Positions 16,069-25,311 are shown, numbered from the stretch's first letter. The stretch is 64,000 nt of DNA from an uncultured Alphaproteobacteria bacterium (GCA_963726105.1 CAVSBJ010000018.1:2419-66418), one strand, 5' to 3'. Program-made: numbers and translations. Notes: generated by a model not told the origin, from the letters alone.

Positions 16069-18738
16069 GTGAAGGACCAGGACACCCCATCGATCGACCA
16101 GGGACAATTCGCGGAGCTCGCGCTCTGGGCGCGACGCGCGCTTCTGGTCGAGCGCGTCTGGCCGCCGATCGTCTTCGCCATCGCGGTCGCCATCCTGTTT
16201 CTCGCCGCCTCATGGGCCGGAGCCTGGCAGTTCGCTCCGCGTGCCGTTCGGATCGGCGGCGTCATCCTGTTCGCGCTCGGCCTTGGAGCGGCCCTGTCGC
16301 CGCTCATGCGATTGCGCCGTCCCGCGGCGCGCGACGTTCTGGCGAGGCTCGATCGCGATGCGAAGGTGAGCCACCGTCCCGCCTCCTCGCTCGCCGATTC
16401 TCTCGCCAATGACCATGGCGATTCCGGCACGCAGGCCCTCTGGGCGGCCCATCGGGCGCGGCTTGAGCGCCAAGTCGAGGCCATTCGCGTTTCCCCCCCC
16501 TCGCCCGGCATGGCGGGGCGGGACCCCTATGCGCTCCGCTTCGGCGTGGCCCTGCTCGCCTTCGCGGCGGCGATCGTCGCCGGACCCGAGATGTACGGCC
16601 GTTTCGCCGCCGCTTTCGACTGGCGCAGCGACGAGGCCTTCGCCGCGATCGCGGAGAGCCGCATCGACGCATGGATCGACCCGCCGCCCTATGCCGGCCA
16701 ACCGCCGCTGGTCATCGATTTCAAGTCCGCCGATCCGCAGCCGCTGACCGTCCCGGAAGATTCGGTTCTGGTGGTGCGCGGCGATCCAGGCGTGGTCGGA
16801 ACGCGCGTCGAGGGGGCGATCACGCCCTCGGAACAGAAAAACGAAACGCCGGCCGCCGCCGCGTCAGGCGAGAAAGCCGCCGCCACAGCCCCGGCCGCCT
16901 CCCCGCCCGCGAGCGCTTCGGCTGCGAACGCGCCCGCAGAAAAACGCTGGACGATCCATGGGCCGGGCAGGGTCACGATCCTGCGCGGCGGCCAGCCCGC
17001 CGCGGTCGCCGTCCTCGCCGTCACTCCGGCCGGCAATCCGACGATCGTCTCGACCCAGGACCCGCGCGCCAATCTCACCGGCACGCTGACGCTCGCCTAC
17101 AAGACGCAAGATCGGTTTGGGCTCGCCAACGCGCGCGCGGACTTCTCTCGCCCGCACGAGGGTTCTGGCCCCGCCCCGCGTACACTGGCGCCGCCGCCCC
17201 AAGCCGCCCTGCAACTGCCGCCAACCGCCAATGGCGTCGGCGACGGGCACACGACCGTCGACCTATCGGAGCACCCGTGGGCGGGCGCAAAGGTGACGAT
17301 GCGGCTGAGCGCGATCAGCATTTCGGGCAAGACCGGCGACAGCGGGCCGATCGAAGTGACGCTGCCGCAGCGAAACTTCCACAACCCGCTCGCCCGCGCC
17401 CTCGTCGAGCAGCGCCGCAACCTCATTCTCGACCCGGACCACGCGCCAAAGCAGGTCGATATCGCCCTATCCGGCCTCTCGATCGCGCCGGAATTGTTCG
17501 ACACCCCGGCCAATATCTATCTCGGTCTGAAGCAGGCCAAGACCTCGCTCGACCACGCCCACAGCGACGCGGATCTGCTTGACGTGGCGGCGCTGCTCTG
17601 GGCGATGGCGCAGCAGCTCGAGAACGGCGACGCCTCGAAAGCCGAGCGCGATCTGCGCGCGGCCGAGCAGGCGCTACGCGAGGCGCTTCAGCGCGGCGCG
17701 AGCGACGAGGAAATCAAGAAGCTCATGCAGCAATTGCGAGAGGCCGCCAACCGCTTCATGAGCGAGATGGCGCGCAACTCGCCGGACACCAATTCGGAGG
17801 ACCAGAACGTTCAGTCGAAAGACATGGACAAGATGATGGACCAGATGGAGGACGCCGCGCGCAACGGATCGCGTGAAGACGCTCAAGCCATGCTCGACCA
17901 GATGCAGGAAATGTTCGAGAACATGCGCAGCGCGCAGGAAGACCAGGACAGCCCGGCCGATCGCGAGATGCGCAAGCAAATCGGCGAACTCGAGAAGCTT
18001 CTCCGCGACCAACAATCCTTGCGCGACGACACGTTCCGGAGCGACCAGAAGGATCGCGAGCGCAAACGGGCGCGGCGCCGCCAATCGTCGCCGGATCAGC
18101 AGGACTCGCAGGGGCAGCCGGACCAGGATGGTTCGAACGCTCCCGACCAGGGCGACAACGATCCCGACCAGGACGACAAGCAGAGCCAGGACCAGGCCGA
18201 TAAGGGCGAACCGCAGCTCGGCGATCGCCAGCAGCAGCTGCGCGACCGCCTTGCCGAATTGCAGCGCAAGCTCAAGAGCCTCGGCATGAAGGGCGAGAAG
18301 GGGTTCGACGACGCGCAGGGCGATATGAAAGAAGCCGAAGGCGACCTCAAAGAGGGCCAAGGCAAATCGGGCCACAGCAGGCAGAACGGCAAAGGCGCTG
18401 CGGTCGACGCGCAGGGCCGAGCGCTCCAGGCGCTGCGCGACGGCGCGCAGGGTCTGCAGAAGCAGATGGACGGTCAAGGCCAGGGTAAGGGCAAGGGCCG
18501 CAACGGCAAGGGCAATTATGTCGCGCGCAAGTCCCGGCCGGGAGGGACGCCAAGCGACGATCCGCTCGGCCGCGGAGCGGAAGGCGAGAAAGGACGCGAG
18601 GATGGGCCGCTGAATGAATCCGCCGGCGCCGCCGAGCGCGCGCACCGGGTCATGGAGGAACTGCGCCGCCGCCTCGCCGATCCCAACCGTGCCGTGGACG
18701 AGCGCGATTACCTCGAACGGCTGATGAAACGGGACTGA
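16069..18738 (+). CDS. TIGR02302 / DUF4175 family protein (alphaproteobacterial low-complexity membrane protein)
   Basis: 889-aa ORF with a GTG start, N-terminal TM helices, and a long acidic/Gln-rich low-complexity C-terminal half. Its position after lysA is as I recall for this family. Confidence 0.8.
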   Translation: MKDQDTPSIDQGQFAELALWARRALLVERVWPPIVFAIAVAILFLAASWAGAWQFAPRAVRIGGVILFALGLGAALSPLMRLRRPAARDVLARLDRDAKVSHRPASSLADSLANDHGDSGTQALWAAHRARLERQVEAIRVSPPSPGMAGRDPYALRFGVALLAFAAAIVAGPEMYGRFAAAFDWRSDEAFAAIAESRIDAWIDPPPYAGQPPLVIDFKSADPQPLTVPEDSVLVVRGDPGVVGTRVEGAITPSEQKNETPAAAASGEKAAATAPAASPPASASAANAPAEKRWTIHGPGRVTILRGGQPAAVAVLAVTPAGNPTIVSTQDPRANLTGTLTLAYKTQDRFGLANARADFSRPHEGSGPAPRTLAPPPQAALQLPPTANGVGDGHTTVDLSEHPWAGAKVTMRLSAISISGKTGDSGPIEVTLPQRNFHNPLARALVEQRRNLILDPDHAPKQVDIALSGLSIAPELFDTPANIYLGLKQAKTSLDHAHSDADLLDVAALLWAMAQQLENGDASKAERDLRAAEQALREALQRGASDEEIKKLMQQLREAANRFMSEMARNSPDTNSEDQNVQSKDMDKMMDQMEDAARNGSREDAQAMLDQMQEMFENMRSAQEDQDSPADREMRKQIGELEKLLRDQQSLRDDTFRSDQKDRERKRARRRQSSPDQQDSQGQPDQDGSNAPDQGDNDPDQDDKQSQDQADKGEPQLGDRQQQLRDRLAELQRKLKSLGMKGEKGFDDAQGDMKEAEGDLKEGQGKSGHSRQNGKGAAVDAQGRALQALRDGAQGLQKQMDGQGQGKGKGRNGKGNYVARKSRPGGTPSDDPLGRGAEGEKGREDGPLNESAGAAERAHRVMEELRRRLADPNRAVDERDYLERLMKRD

Positions 18739-18957
18739 GAGCGCCAGCGCAATCCGAAGGCCGCCGCCAAAGGTGCTCGGTTTTGCCCGCGACCCAGGCT
18801 TTTCAGCCCCTTAGGTCTCCTTTTCTGCAACCTCTAGCCGCGCCGCGCCGCGCATGATTTCAGTCAGGCCCCGAGCGAGTTGCGCGGCGGCGTGGGGCGC
18901 GCATAATGGCCAAAAAACGGCAGGCCGCGTCGCCGTACGGTCCTGGGGTGGGAAACG

Positions 18958-20526
18958 ATGGTCGAACTCGAAGGCGTCGCCTGCGTGGCGGATGTGGCGC
19001 GCACACAGGCGCTCCGTCGCGGCGGCAAGACCGCGCTCGTGTTCGAGGGCCGAGACAGAACCTTCGCCGAGGTGGACGCGATGGCCTCTCGGGTCGCCAA
19101 CGCGCTGATCGCGTCCAGCATCCGAACGCAGGAACGGATCGCGTATCTCGGCAAGAACTCCGATCACTTTCTGCCCTGCCTGTTTGGGGCTTGCAAGGCG
19201 CGCATGGCGCTCGCGCCATTCAACTTTCGCCTCGCGCCGGCCGAGATCGCCCGCCTGCTTGAGGACAGCGAGGCGAGGATCATGCTTGTCGGCCCGGACC
19301 TCGCCGACCTCGCCGACCGGGCGGTCGCCTCGCTCGCTTCGAAGCCTCGAATGATCGCTCTCGGCTTCGCGCGCGAGGGCTACGAGCCATGCGACTCCTG
19401 GCTCGGATCCTCGACGTCAGACGACCCTCGGCTTGAGGCGGATCCGCAGGACGACGTGATCCAGGTCTACACCTCGGGCACCACCGGCGGGCCCAAAGGG
19501 GTTCGCCTGACCAATCGCAATTACCTCACGACCTTCAGGCTTGCCGTGGCTTCGGGCGGCCTGAATTACAACCCCGGCGATACAGTGCTGGCGGCAATGC
19601 CGTTCTTTCACGTCGCGGGCGTCAACATCGCGGTGATCGCCATGGCGAGCGGCGCCCGGTCGGCGATCCTCAGGGACGCCGCGCCGCAGCTCATTCTCGA
19701 CACGATCAGCCGCGAGCGCGTCAATCACGCATTCCTCGCGCCCGCCCTCATTCAGATGCTGATGCAGACCGCGGGGATCGAGAGCGCCGATCTCTCCAGC
19801 ATGGAAACGCTGACTTACGGAGCCTCGCCCATCTCGGAGGATTTGCTTGCTCGCGCGAGCGCGCGCTTTGGCTGCGAGTTCGTTCAGCTCTACGGCATGA
19901 CCGAGACGTGCGGCGTCGGCGCGTTCCTATCCCATACTGATCATGATCCGGCGAAGGGCAAGCTGCGGTCATGCGGAACGGCATGGCGAGGAGTTGACCT
20001 CAAGATTATCGCGGGGGACGGGATCGAGGCTGCGCGTGGCGCGGTCGGGGAAGTGGTGATCCGGTCCCACGTCGTCATGAAGGGCTACTGGAACAAGCCC
20101 GACGCGACCGCGGCTGCGATTGGCGACGGCTGGATGCGCACCGGCGACGCTGCTTACATGGACGAGGACGGCTATGTCTTCATTCATGACCGGATGAAGG
20201 ACATGATCCGCACCGGCGGCGAGAGCGTCTACCCGGCCGAGGTCGAGAACGCGCTCTTCGGTCATCCGGCGATAGCCGACGCGGCCGTGATCGGCGTCCC
20301 CGACGACACATGGGGCGAAGCGGTGAAGGCGCTCGTCGTCTTGAAACCCGGGGCGCGGCGGGATGCGGCCGACATCATCGCCTGGGCGCGAGCGCGCATC
20401 GCACATTTCAAGACGCCGAAGTCGGTCGATTTCGTCGACTCGATCCCGCGCAACATCACCGGAAAAATCCTCAGACGCGAATTGCGCGAACCCTATTGGA
20501 AAGGGCGCGACCGCAGGGTCAATTGA
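18958..20526 (+). CDS. AMP-dependent synthetase / acyl-CoA ligase (long-chain-fatty-acid-CoA ligase-like)
   Basis: 522-aa ORF. YTSGTTGGPKGV (AMP-binding), YGMTET, TGDAAYMDEDGY and GKILRREL are present. Confidence 0.9.
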   Translation: MVELEGVACVADVARTQALRRGGKTALVFEGRDRTFAEVDAMASRVANALIASSIRTQERIAYLGKNSDHFLPCLFGACKARMALAPFNFRLAPAEIARLLEDSEARIMLVGPDLADLADRAVASLASKPRMIALGFAREGYEPCDSWLGSSTSDDPRLEADPQDDVIQVYTSGTTGGPKGVRLTNRNYLTTFRLAVASGGLNYNPGDTVLAAMPFFHVAGVNIAVIAMASGARSAILRDAAPQLILDTISRERVNHAFLAPALIQMLMQTAGIESADLSSMETLTYGASPISEDLLARASARFGCEFVQLYGMTETCGVGAFLSHTDHDPAKGKLRSCGTAWRGVDLKIIAGDGIEAARGAVGEVVIRSHVVMKGYWNKPDATAAAIGDGWMRTGDAAYMDEDGYVFIHDRMKDMIRTGGESVYPAEVENALFGHPAIADAAVIGVPDDTWGEAVKALVVLKPGARRDAADIIAWARARIAHFKTPKSVDFVDSIPRNITGKILRRELREPYWKGRDRRVN

Positions 20527-20621
20527 GCCGCAAGGGAGTGGACGCAGGCGCCGTGCCGGGCTACGCGGGCGCCTTGGGAGCGACCGGCGGCTCGCCGGCC
20601 ACGCCGCGCCACGGGAACAGC

Positions 20622-21248
20622 ATGGTCAAGCTGAACGTCATCTATACGCGCACGGGGGATAAGGGCGAGACGGGGCTCGGCAACGGCTCACGCCGGATCA
20701 AGAGCGATACGCGTGTCGCAGCGATGGGCGATGTCGATGAAACGAATTGCGCCATCGGTCTCGCGCTGCTTGCGGTGCGCAATGCGGGCGACGCGGCCGA
20801 CCTCGCAATCGAGCCGGTGCTGACGCGCGTCCAGAACGATCTGTTCGATCTGGGCGCCGACCTCTGCGTCCCGGGCCAAGCGCACGAAGCGCCGGGCGCT
20901 GTCCTGCGCGTCGCGCCGTCTCAGGTTCAGGCGCTCGAGCACGCCATCGACGCGCTCAACGCGAAGCTTCATCCGCTGCGCTCGTTCGTGCTGCCGGGCG
21001 GCACGGCGCCTGCGGCCGCGTTGCACCAGGCGCGCGCGATCTGCCGGCGAGCGGAGCGCACCATGGTCGCGCTGGCGGCGATCGAGGGCGAGGAAGTCGG
21101 CGAGGCCGCGCTCGCCTATGTCAACCGGCTCTCCGATTATCTGTTCGTCGCCGCCCGCGCGGCCAACGACTTCGGCCGGTCGGACGTGCTGTGGGCACCG
21201 GGCGCCAACCAGAGCGAAAGCGCGAATCGGACCGACGACGATGCGTGA
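20622..21248 (+). CDS. PduO-type ATP:cob(I)alamin adenosyltransferase
   Basis: Internal ATG 20622 of the tracked ORF 20310..21248. IYTRTGDKGETGL, VQNDLFDLGADL and RRAER are present. Confidence 0.9.
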   Translation: MVKLNVIYTRTGDKGETGLGNGSRRIKSDTRVAAMGDVDETNCAIGLALLAVRNAGDAADLAIEPVLTRVQNDLFDLGADLCVPGQAHEAPGAVLRVAPSQVQALEHAIDALNAKLHPLRSFVLPGGTAPAAALHQARAICRRAERTMVALAAIEGEEVGEAALAYVNRLSDYLFVAARAANDFGRSDVLWAPGANQSESANRTDDDA

Positions 21249-22344
21249 CAAAGGGGAACTCGAGACTGCCATCGGCGTCATCAGCGGCACGTCGATGGAC
21301 GGAATCGACGTCGCGCTGATCGAAAGCGACGGCGAGGCTGAGCTCAAGACTGGGCCTTCAGCAACGTTTCCTTACCTTCCGGAGGTCGCGACGCGGCTGC
21401 GCGCGGTGGTCGCCGACTTGAGCGAGGCCCAGGCGCCGCAGCTCGAACTCGAGCGCCTGGTGACCGACGCCCATGTCGCGGCGGTCGAGGCGTTTCTCGA
21501 CCAATTTTCTCTTCCTCGCGAACAGGTCGCGCTCGTTGGCCTGCACGGGCAAACCATTCTGCATCGGCCGCGACAAGGGTTGACGCGGCAGCTGTGCGAC
21601 GGCGCGCGCGCAGCCGCCGCGCTCAAGATCGACGTCGTGTCGGATTTTCGTTCTGCAGATGTCGCGGCTGGGGGCGAAGGCGCGCCCCTCGCGCCGATCT
21701 ATCATGCTGCGATGGCGGCGGGCCTCGAGCGACCGCTGATGATCCTCAACTGGGGCGGGGTCGGCAACGTCACCTATCTTGGGCCTGAGGGTGAGATCAT
21801 CGCCTTCGACACCGGCCCGGCCAATGCGCTGATCGACGATTTTCTCATTCTAAGGCGAGGGCTCGAGTTCGATGAGAACGGCGCGCTGGGCGCAACGGGC
21901 CGCGTCGACACCGAGACACTCGCGGCCCTGATGCGTGATCCGTATTTCGACCGCCCGGCGCCCAAATCGCTCGACCGCAATCACTTCAACGACGCCGCGG
22001 CCTGCGTCAAAAGCCTGAGCGACGCGGATGGCGCGGCGACGCTCGGCGCATTCACGGTCGAATCCACCGCGGCGGCGCTGAAGCATGTCCCGAGCGCGCC
22101 GGCGCGCTGGCTGGTTGGCGGCGGCGGACGGCGAAATCCGAACCTGATGCGGCGGCTGGCCGAGCGGCTGCAAGTGAAGGTCGATCCGGTCGAGGCGATC
22201 GGCTTCGACGGCGACAGCATCGAGGCGCAATGTTTCGCTTATTGCGCTTTGCGCTCGCGGCGGGCCCTCCCGATCTCTTTACCGACCACGACCGGCGCTC
22301 CGAAGCCGATGACCGGCGGCGTCTTCTGGCCGGCGCCCAAATAA
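21241..22344 (+). CDS. anmK: anhydro-N-acetylmuramic acid kinase
   Basis: ATG 21241 overlaps the upstream stop (ATGCGTGA). IGVISGTSMDGIDVAL, GLHGQTILHRP and NWGGVGN are present. Confidence 0.9.
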   Translation: MRDKGELETAIGVISGTSMDGIDVALIESDGEAELKTGPSATFPYLPEVATRLRAVVADLSEAQAPQLELERLVTDAHVAAVEAFLDQFSLPREQVALVGLHGQTILHRPRQGLTRQLCDGARAAAALKIDVVSDFRSADVAAGGEGAPLAPIYHAAMAAGLERPLMILNWGGVGNVTYLGPEGEIIAFDTGPANALIDDFLILRRGLEFDENGALGATGRVDTETLAALMRDPYFDRPAPKSLDRNHFNDAAACVKSLSDADGAATLGAFTVESTAAALKHVPSAPARWLVGGGGRRNPNLMRRLAERLQVKVDPVEAIGFDGDSIEAQCFAYCALRSRRALPISLPTTTGAPKPMTGGVFWPAPK

Positions 22345-22372
22345 ACAGGGCCCCGCTTGCGCGAGGCCCTGT
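22345..22372. terminator. hairpin between convergent genes (ACAGGGCC-N12-GGCCCTGT)
   Basis: 8-bp perfect stem located 1 nt after the anmK stop and 23 nt after the minus-strand Gly-rich gene stop. Confidence 0.45.
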
Positions 22373-22394
22373 TGGAAGCGCGAGAGCGTGAACG

Positions 22395-22852
22395 TCAGCA
22401 GACGTTGACGGACTGCTGGCCGAGGTAGTTGCCATATCCGTCATACGTTGGCCGAACCTGCCAGCAGCCGCCGCCATAGCCATACCCATAGCCGCCGCCC
22501 CAATAAGGGTAGCTGGCGATAGCCGCGCCGCCGATTACGCCCGCGGCGATCGCAGGGCCCCACCAGCCGCCGTACCAGTTGCCGCCGCGCCAATAGCCGC
22601 CATGCCACACGCCACGGCCTCCCCAGCCGGCCTCCCCAGCCGCTCCATGCCAGCCGCCACCGTCCAACCACCGCCTCCCCAGCCGCCGCCATGAAAGCCG
22701 CCGCCCTGAAAGCCGCCGCCCTGAAAGCCGCCGCTATGAAAACCACCACCGCCCCAGCCGCCCGCTGACGCCGGCGTCGCGGGCAGAACGACGGCCGCCG
22801 CCATCGCCAGCGCCGAGATCCCGGCGACGAGCGTCTTCGAAATCCTGACCAT
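22395..22852 (-). pseudogene. Gly/Trp-rich secreted protein, paralogue B, frame-disrupted
   Basis: The N-terminal frame (22852 downwards) reads MVRISKTLVAGISALAMAAAVVLPATPASA|GGWGGGGFHSGGFQGGGFQGGGFHGGGWGGGGW. The C-terminal frame reads DGGGWHG..WWGPAIAAGVIGGAAIAS..GGGCWQVRPTYDGYGNYLGQQSVNVC. Total length is 3n+2, and a GGAGG RBS precedes the ATG. Confidence 0.6.
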
Positions 22853-23023
22853 TACAGCCTCCGTTTAGACCAGCGGCCGAACCGCCGGATGAACTCTATC
22901 GCCGCAGGACCTTACCTTGGCGCATCTGGTAAACTGCTCCCGAATTTCGGCAACGGTTTGACCTCCACGCGTCGTTTGGGCGGCGGCGCGAGATCTGTTT
23001 CTCAGGGAAGAGTGTAGCCAATC

Positions 23024-23070
23024 AATTCTGAATGAATGTTCATAGTATATGCTGAACAAACATTCAGAAT
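23024..23070. promoter_or_regulatory. 47-bp AT-rich imperfect palindrome between the two Gly/Trp-rich genes
   Basis: AATTCTGAATGAATGTTCA-N10-TGAACAAACATTCAGAAT, with 16 of 18 arm positions complementary. Confidence 0.4.
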
Positions 23071-23133
23071 GGCGACTTCAGAGCTTATGGTTCAATTCTT
23101 CTTTATCTGAAGCCGGATCCACGCCCATCAGGC

Positions 23134-23616
23134 TTAGTAGCAGACGCTTACGAGCCGCCGGCCCATGTAGTGGCCGTTAGCCGTCCAGACACGCCGCCTG
23201 ACCCAGCAACCCGGACCGCCGCCATAAGCCGGCTGCGACGCGATCGCGACCCCGATGGGCACGGTCGCGGCCGCGATCGCCCAGCCCGGGTCATAGCCCC
23301 AGCCCCAACCGCCGCCCCAGCCCCAGCCGCAATTCCAACAGCCGCCGCCCCAACCTCCGCCCCAGCCGGGACCCCAACCTCCGCCCCAGCCGGGACCCCA
23401 GCCTCCACCCCAGCCGGCGCGCCGCCAACCCCAACCTCCGCCGCCCCAACCGCCGCCGCGAAAGCCACCACCAAAACCACCGCCGTGGAAGCCGCCGCCA
23501 TGAAAGCCGCCGCCATGCCACTGAGCCTCGGCCGGCGTCGGCATCGAGGCGACCGCCGTCGCCATCCCGAGTGCGGCAACTGCCGCGACTGCGGTCTTGC
23601 GCATCGAAACACGCAT
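23134..23616 (-). CDS. Gly/Trp-rich secreted protein, paralogue A (intact)
   Basis: GGGAGAA RBS before ATG 23616. Signal peptide MRVSMRKTAVAAVAALGMATAVASMPTPAEA|Q, then GGGFH/GGGW/GWGPGWGG repeats, a CWNC, the hydrophobic AIAAATVPIGVAIAS, and a C-terminal CWVRRRVWTANGHYMGRRLVSVCY. Confidence 0.7.
   Translation of the reverse strand: MRVSMRKTAVAAVAALGMATAVASMPTPAEAQWHGGGFHGGGFHGGGFGGGFRGGGWGGGGWGWRRAGWGGGWGPGWGGGWGPGWGGGWGGGCWNCGWGWGGGWGWGYDPGWAIAAATVPIGVAIASQPAYGGGPGCWVRRRVWTANGHYMGRRLVSVCY
23348..23417. repeat. 24-bp tandem repeat (~2.9 copies) inside paralogue A
   Basis: CCCCAACCTCCGCCCCAGCCGGGA occurs at 23348-23371 and identically at 23372-23395. A third partial copy carries two substitutions. 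On the minus strand it encodes GWGPGWGG units. Confidence 0.9.
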
Positions 23617-23688
23617 GGGAACAATTCTCCCGTTCATCGGCCTGGCCGGCCGTCCCGAGTTTAAAATTAAGCTGTAGGGCAAAATGTT

Positions 23689-24579
23689 CTAGGGTTTCTT
23701 TGACGCCCCGCGCAAAAAATTGATAATCCCGGAGAAATCGTCGCCGCCGTGATCCGCCGCGACATAGAGAGCGTACAGTTGCGCCGCCTCGGCGCCGAGC
23801 GGCGTCGTCGCCCCGACACTCGACGCGGCCTCCTGGGCGAGCCGCAAATCCTTGAGCATGAGAGCCGCGGCAAATCCGGGTTTGTAGTCGCGATTGGCGG
23901 GGGAAGCGGGCACCGGGCCGGGAACCGGGCAATAGGTGGTCAGCGACCAAGACTGGCCGGAGGCGGTCGAGGCGACGTCGAACAGAGCCTGCGCCGATAA
24001 GCCCAGTTTCTCGGCGAGCGCAAAAGCTTCGCAGGTGACGATCATAGTCGCGCCGAGGATCATGTTGTTGCAGATCTTGGCCGCCTGCCCGGCCCCTGGC
24101 CCGCCGCAATGGACGATGCGCTTGCCCATATTTTCGAGGATCGGCTTTGCGCGCGCGAACGCCTCCTCCGAGCCGCCGCACATGAAAGTGAGCGTTCCGC
24201 CGCTCGCTCCGCCGACCCCGCCCGAAACCGGCGCATCGAGGGTCAGCGCGCCCGCGGCGGCGCCCGCCTCGTGCGCCTTTCTTGCGCTGTCGACATCGAT
24301 GGTCGAGCAATCGATGACGAGGGCGCCCTTCGGCGCCGCGGGAAGAAGTTCGGCATGAGCCGCCAGCACATGGCGTCCGGCCGGGAGCATGGTGACGACC
24401 GTGTCGGCGCTCGCGACAGCCTCTCGGGCGCTCGCCGCAATGGCGACGCCGGATGCGGCGGCCGCCGTCTTCGCGGCGTCGACGAGATCGAAGCCCGCGA
24501 CCGAATGGCCTGACCTGACAAGATTCGCGGCCATCGGCGCGCCCATGTTGCCGAGGCCGATGAATGCGATTTTGGCCAT
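23689..24579 (-). CDS. mmsB: 3-hydroxyisobutyrate dehydrogenase
   Basis: 296-aa ORF. IAFIGLGNMGAPMAANL (Rossmann motif), DAPVSGG and the LMLKDL region are present. Confidence 0.9.
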   Translation of the reverse strand: MAKIAFIGLGNMGAPMAANLVRSGHSVAGFDLVDAAKTAAAASGVAIAASAREAVASADTVVTMLPAGRHVLAAHAELLPAAPKGALVIDCSTIDVDSARKAHEAGAAAGALTLDAPVSGGVGGASGGTLTFMCGGSEEAFARAKPILENMGKRIVHCGGPGAGQAAKICNNMILGATMIVTCEAFALAEKLGLSAQALFDVASTASGQSWSLTTYCPVPGPVPASPANRDYKPGFAAALMLKDLRLAQEAASSVGATTPLGAEAAQLYALYVAADHGGDDFSGIINFLRGASKKP

Positions 24580-24818
24580 GGGTTTCCCGGACGTCTGCGA
24601 GAAAGCGCCGGAGCGAAGCCCAGCGCGAAAAGTGTGAAGTTATCATCTCGCGGGCGGCCGTAAATGCCGAGATAAGGGATCGCGCACAAGTCTGTGACGC
24701 CTCGCGCCCGCGAGCGATCTTCCGCTTATCGCCTCGCGCGAAGGAACCCGCGCCTCTCCGGAGCGTTGATGCATATAGGGGTGGGCCCTGTTGGACGTAA
24801 GGCTGCCGAGGCGTCGAC

Positions 24819-25190
24819 ATGGAAAAGCAAAAACGCCCCGTGGTCCTGGTCGTTGAAGATGAACCGCTGATGCTCATGGACGCCCTGGACCTGGTTACGG
24901 ACGCCGGATTTGACGCTGTCGGGGCCAAAAATGCGGACGAGGCGATCCGCATCTTGGAAAATAGCAACGACATCCGAGTGGTGTTCACCGATGTCAACAT
25001 GCCGGGCTCGATGGACGGGATCAAACTTGCCCATGCGGTGCGCCACCGCTGGCCGCCGATTGAAATCATCGTGACCTCGGGGCTGACTCTGGCGAACGTG
25101 CAGGAGTTGCTCCCGGAACGCGGCGTCTTTTTCCCAAAGCCCTACACGCCGGCGCAGATTGCGGGTGCGCTGCATCGATTGGCTGCATGA
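24819..25190 (+). CDS. single-domain response regulator (receiver only)
   Basis: 123-aa ORF. VLVVEDE, FTDVNMPGSMDG (phospho-acceptor Asp context) and FFPKPY are present. No kinase gene is adjacent. Confidence 0.85.
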   Translation: MEKQKRPVVLVVEDEPLMLMDALDLVTDAGFDAVGAKNADEAIRILENSNDIRVVFTDVNMPGSMDGIKLAHAVRHRWPPIEIIVTSGLTLANVQELLPERGVFFPKPYTPAQIAGALHRLAA

Positions 25191-25267
25191 AATTCGGCGT
25201 TGGCGTCCCGCCTCAGCGCGGCGGCCCTCTGGGAGGGTTCGTTCGAACGATGGGCCATCTTGAGGAG

Positions 25268-25311
25268 ACTTGGAGAGCAAGGGTCGGGGACTTGGAGAGC
25301 AAGGGTCGGGG
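25268..25311. repeat. perfect 22-bp tandem duplication (x2) in an intergenic region
   Basis: ACTTGGAGAGCAAGGGTCGGGG occurs at 25268-25289 and again at 25290-25311. Confidence 0.9.

Noticed and set aside
22560-23520. Periodic Gly-codon DNA checked as a possible CRISPR or other noncoding repeat array
   Set aside because: The repeats are in-frame GGN/TGG codon units inside ORFs with signal peptides. There is no repeat-spacer architecture.
23291-25069. 592-aa minus-strand ORF, the longest unexplained ORF in this region
   Set aside because: It runs in a different frame on the same strand through mmsB and the upstream part of the Gly-rich gene, and antisense through part of the receiver gene. Its product is Arg/Gly/Pro-rich low complexity. 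This is a typical high-GC artefact.
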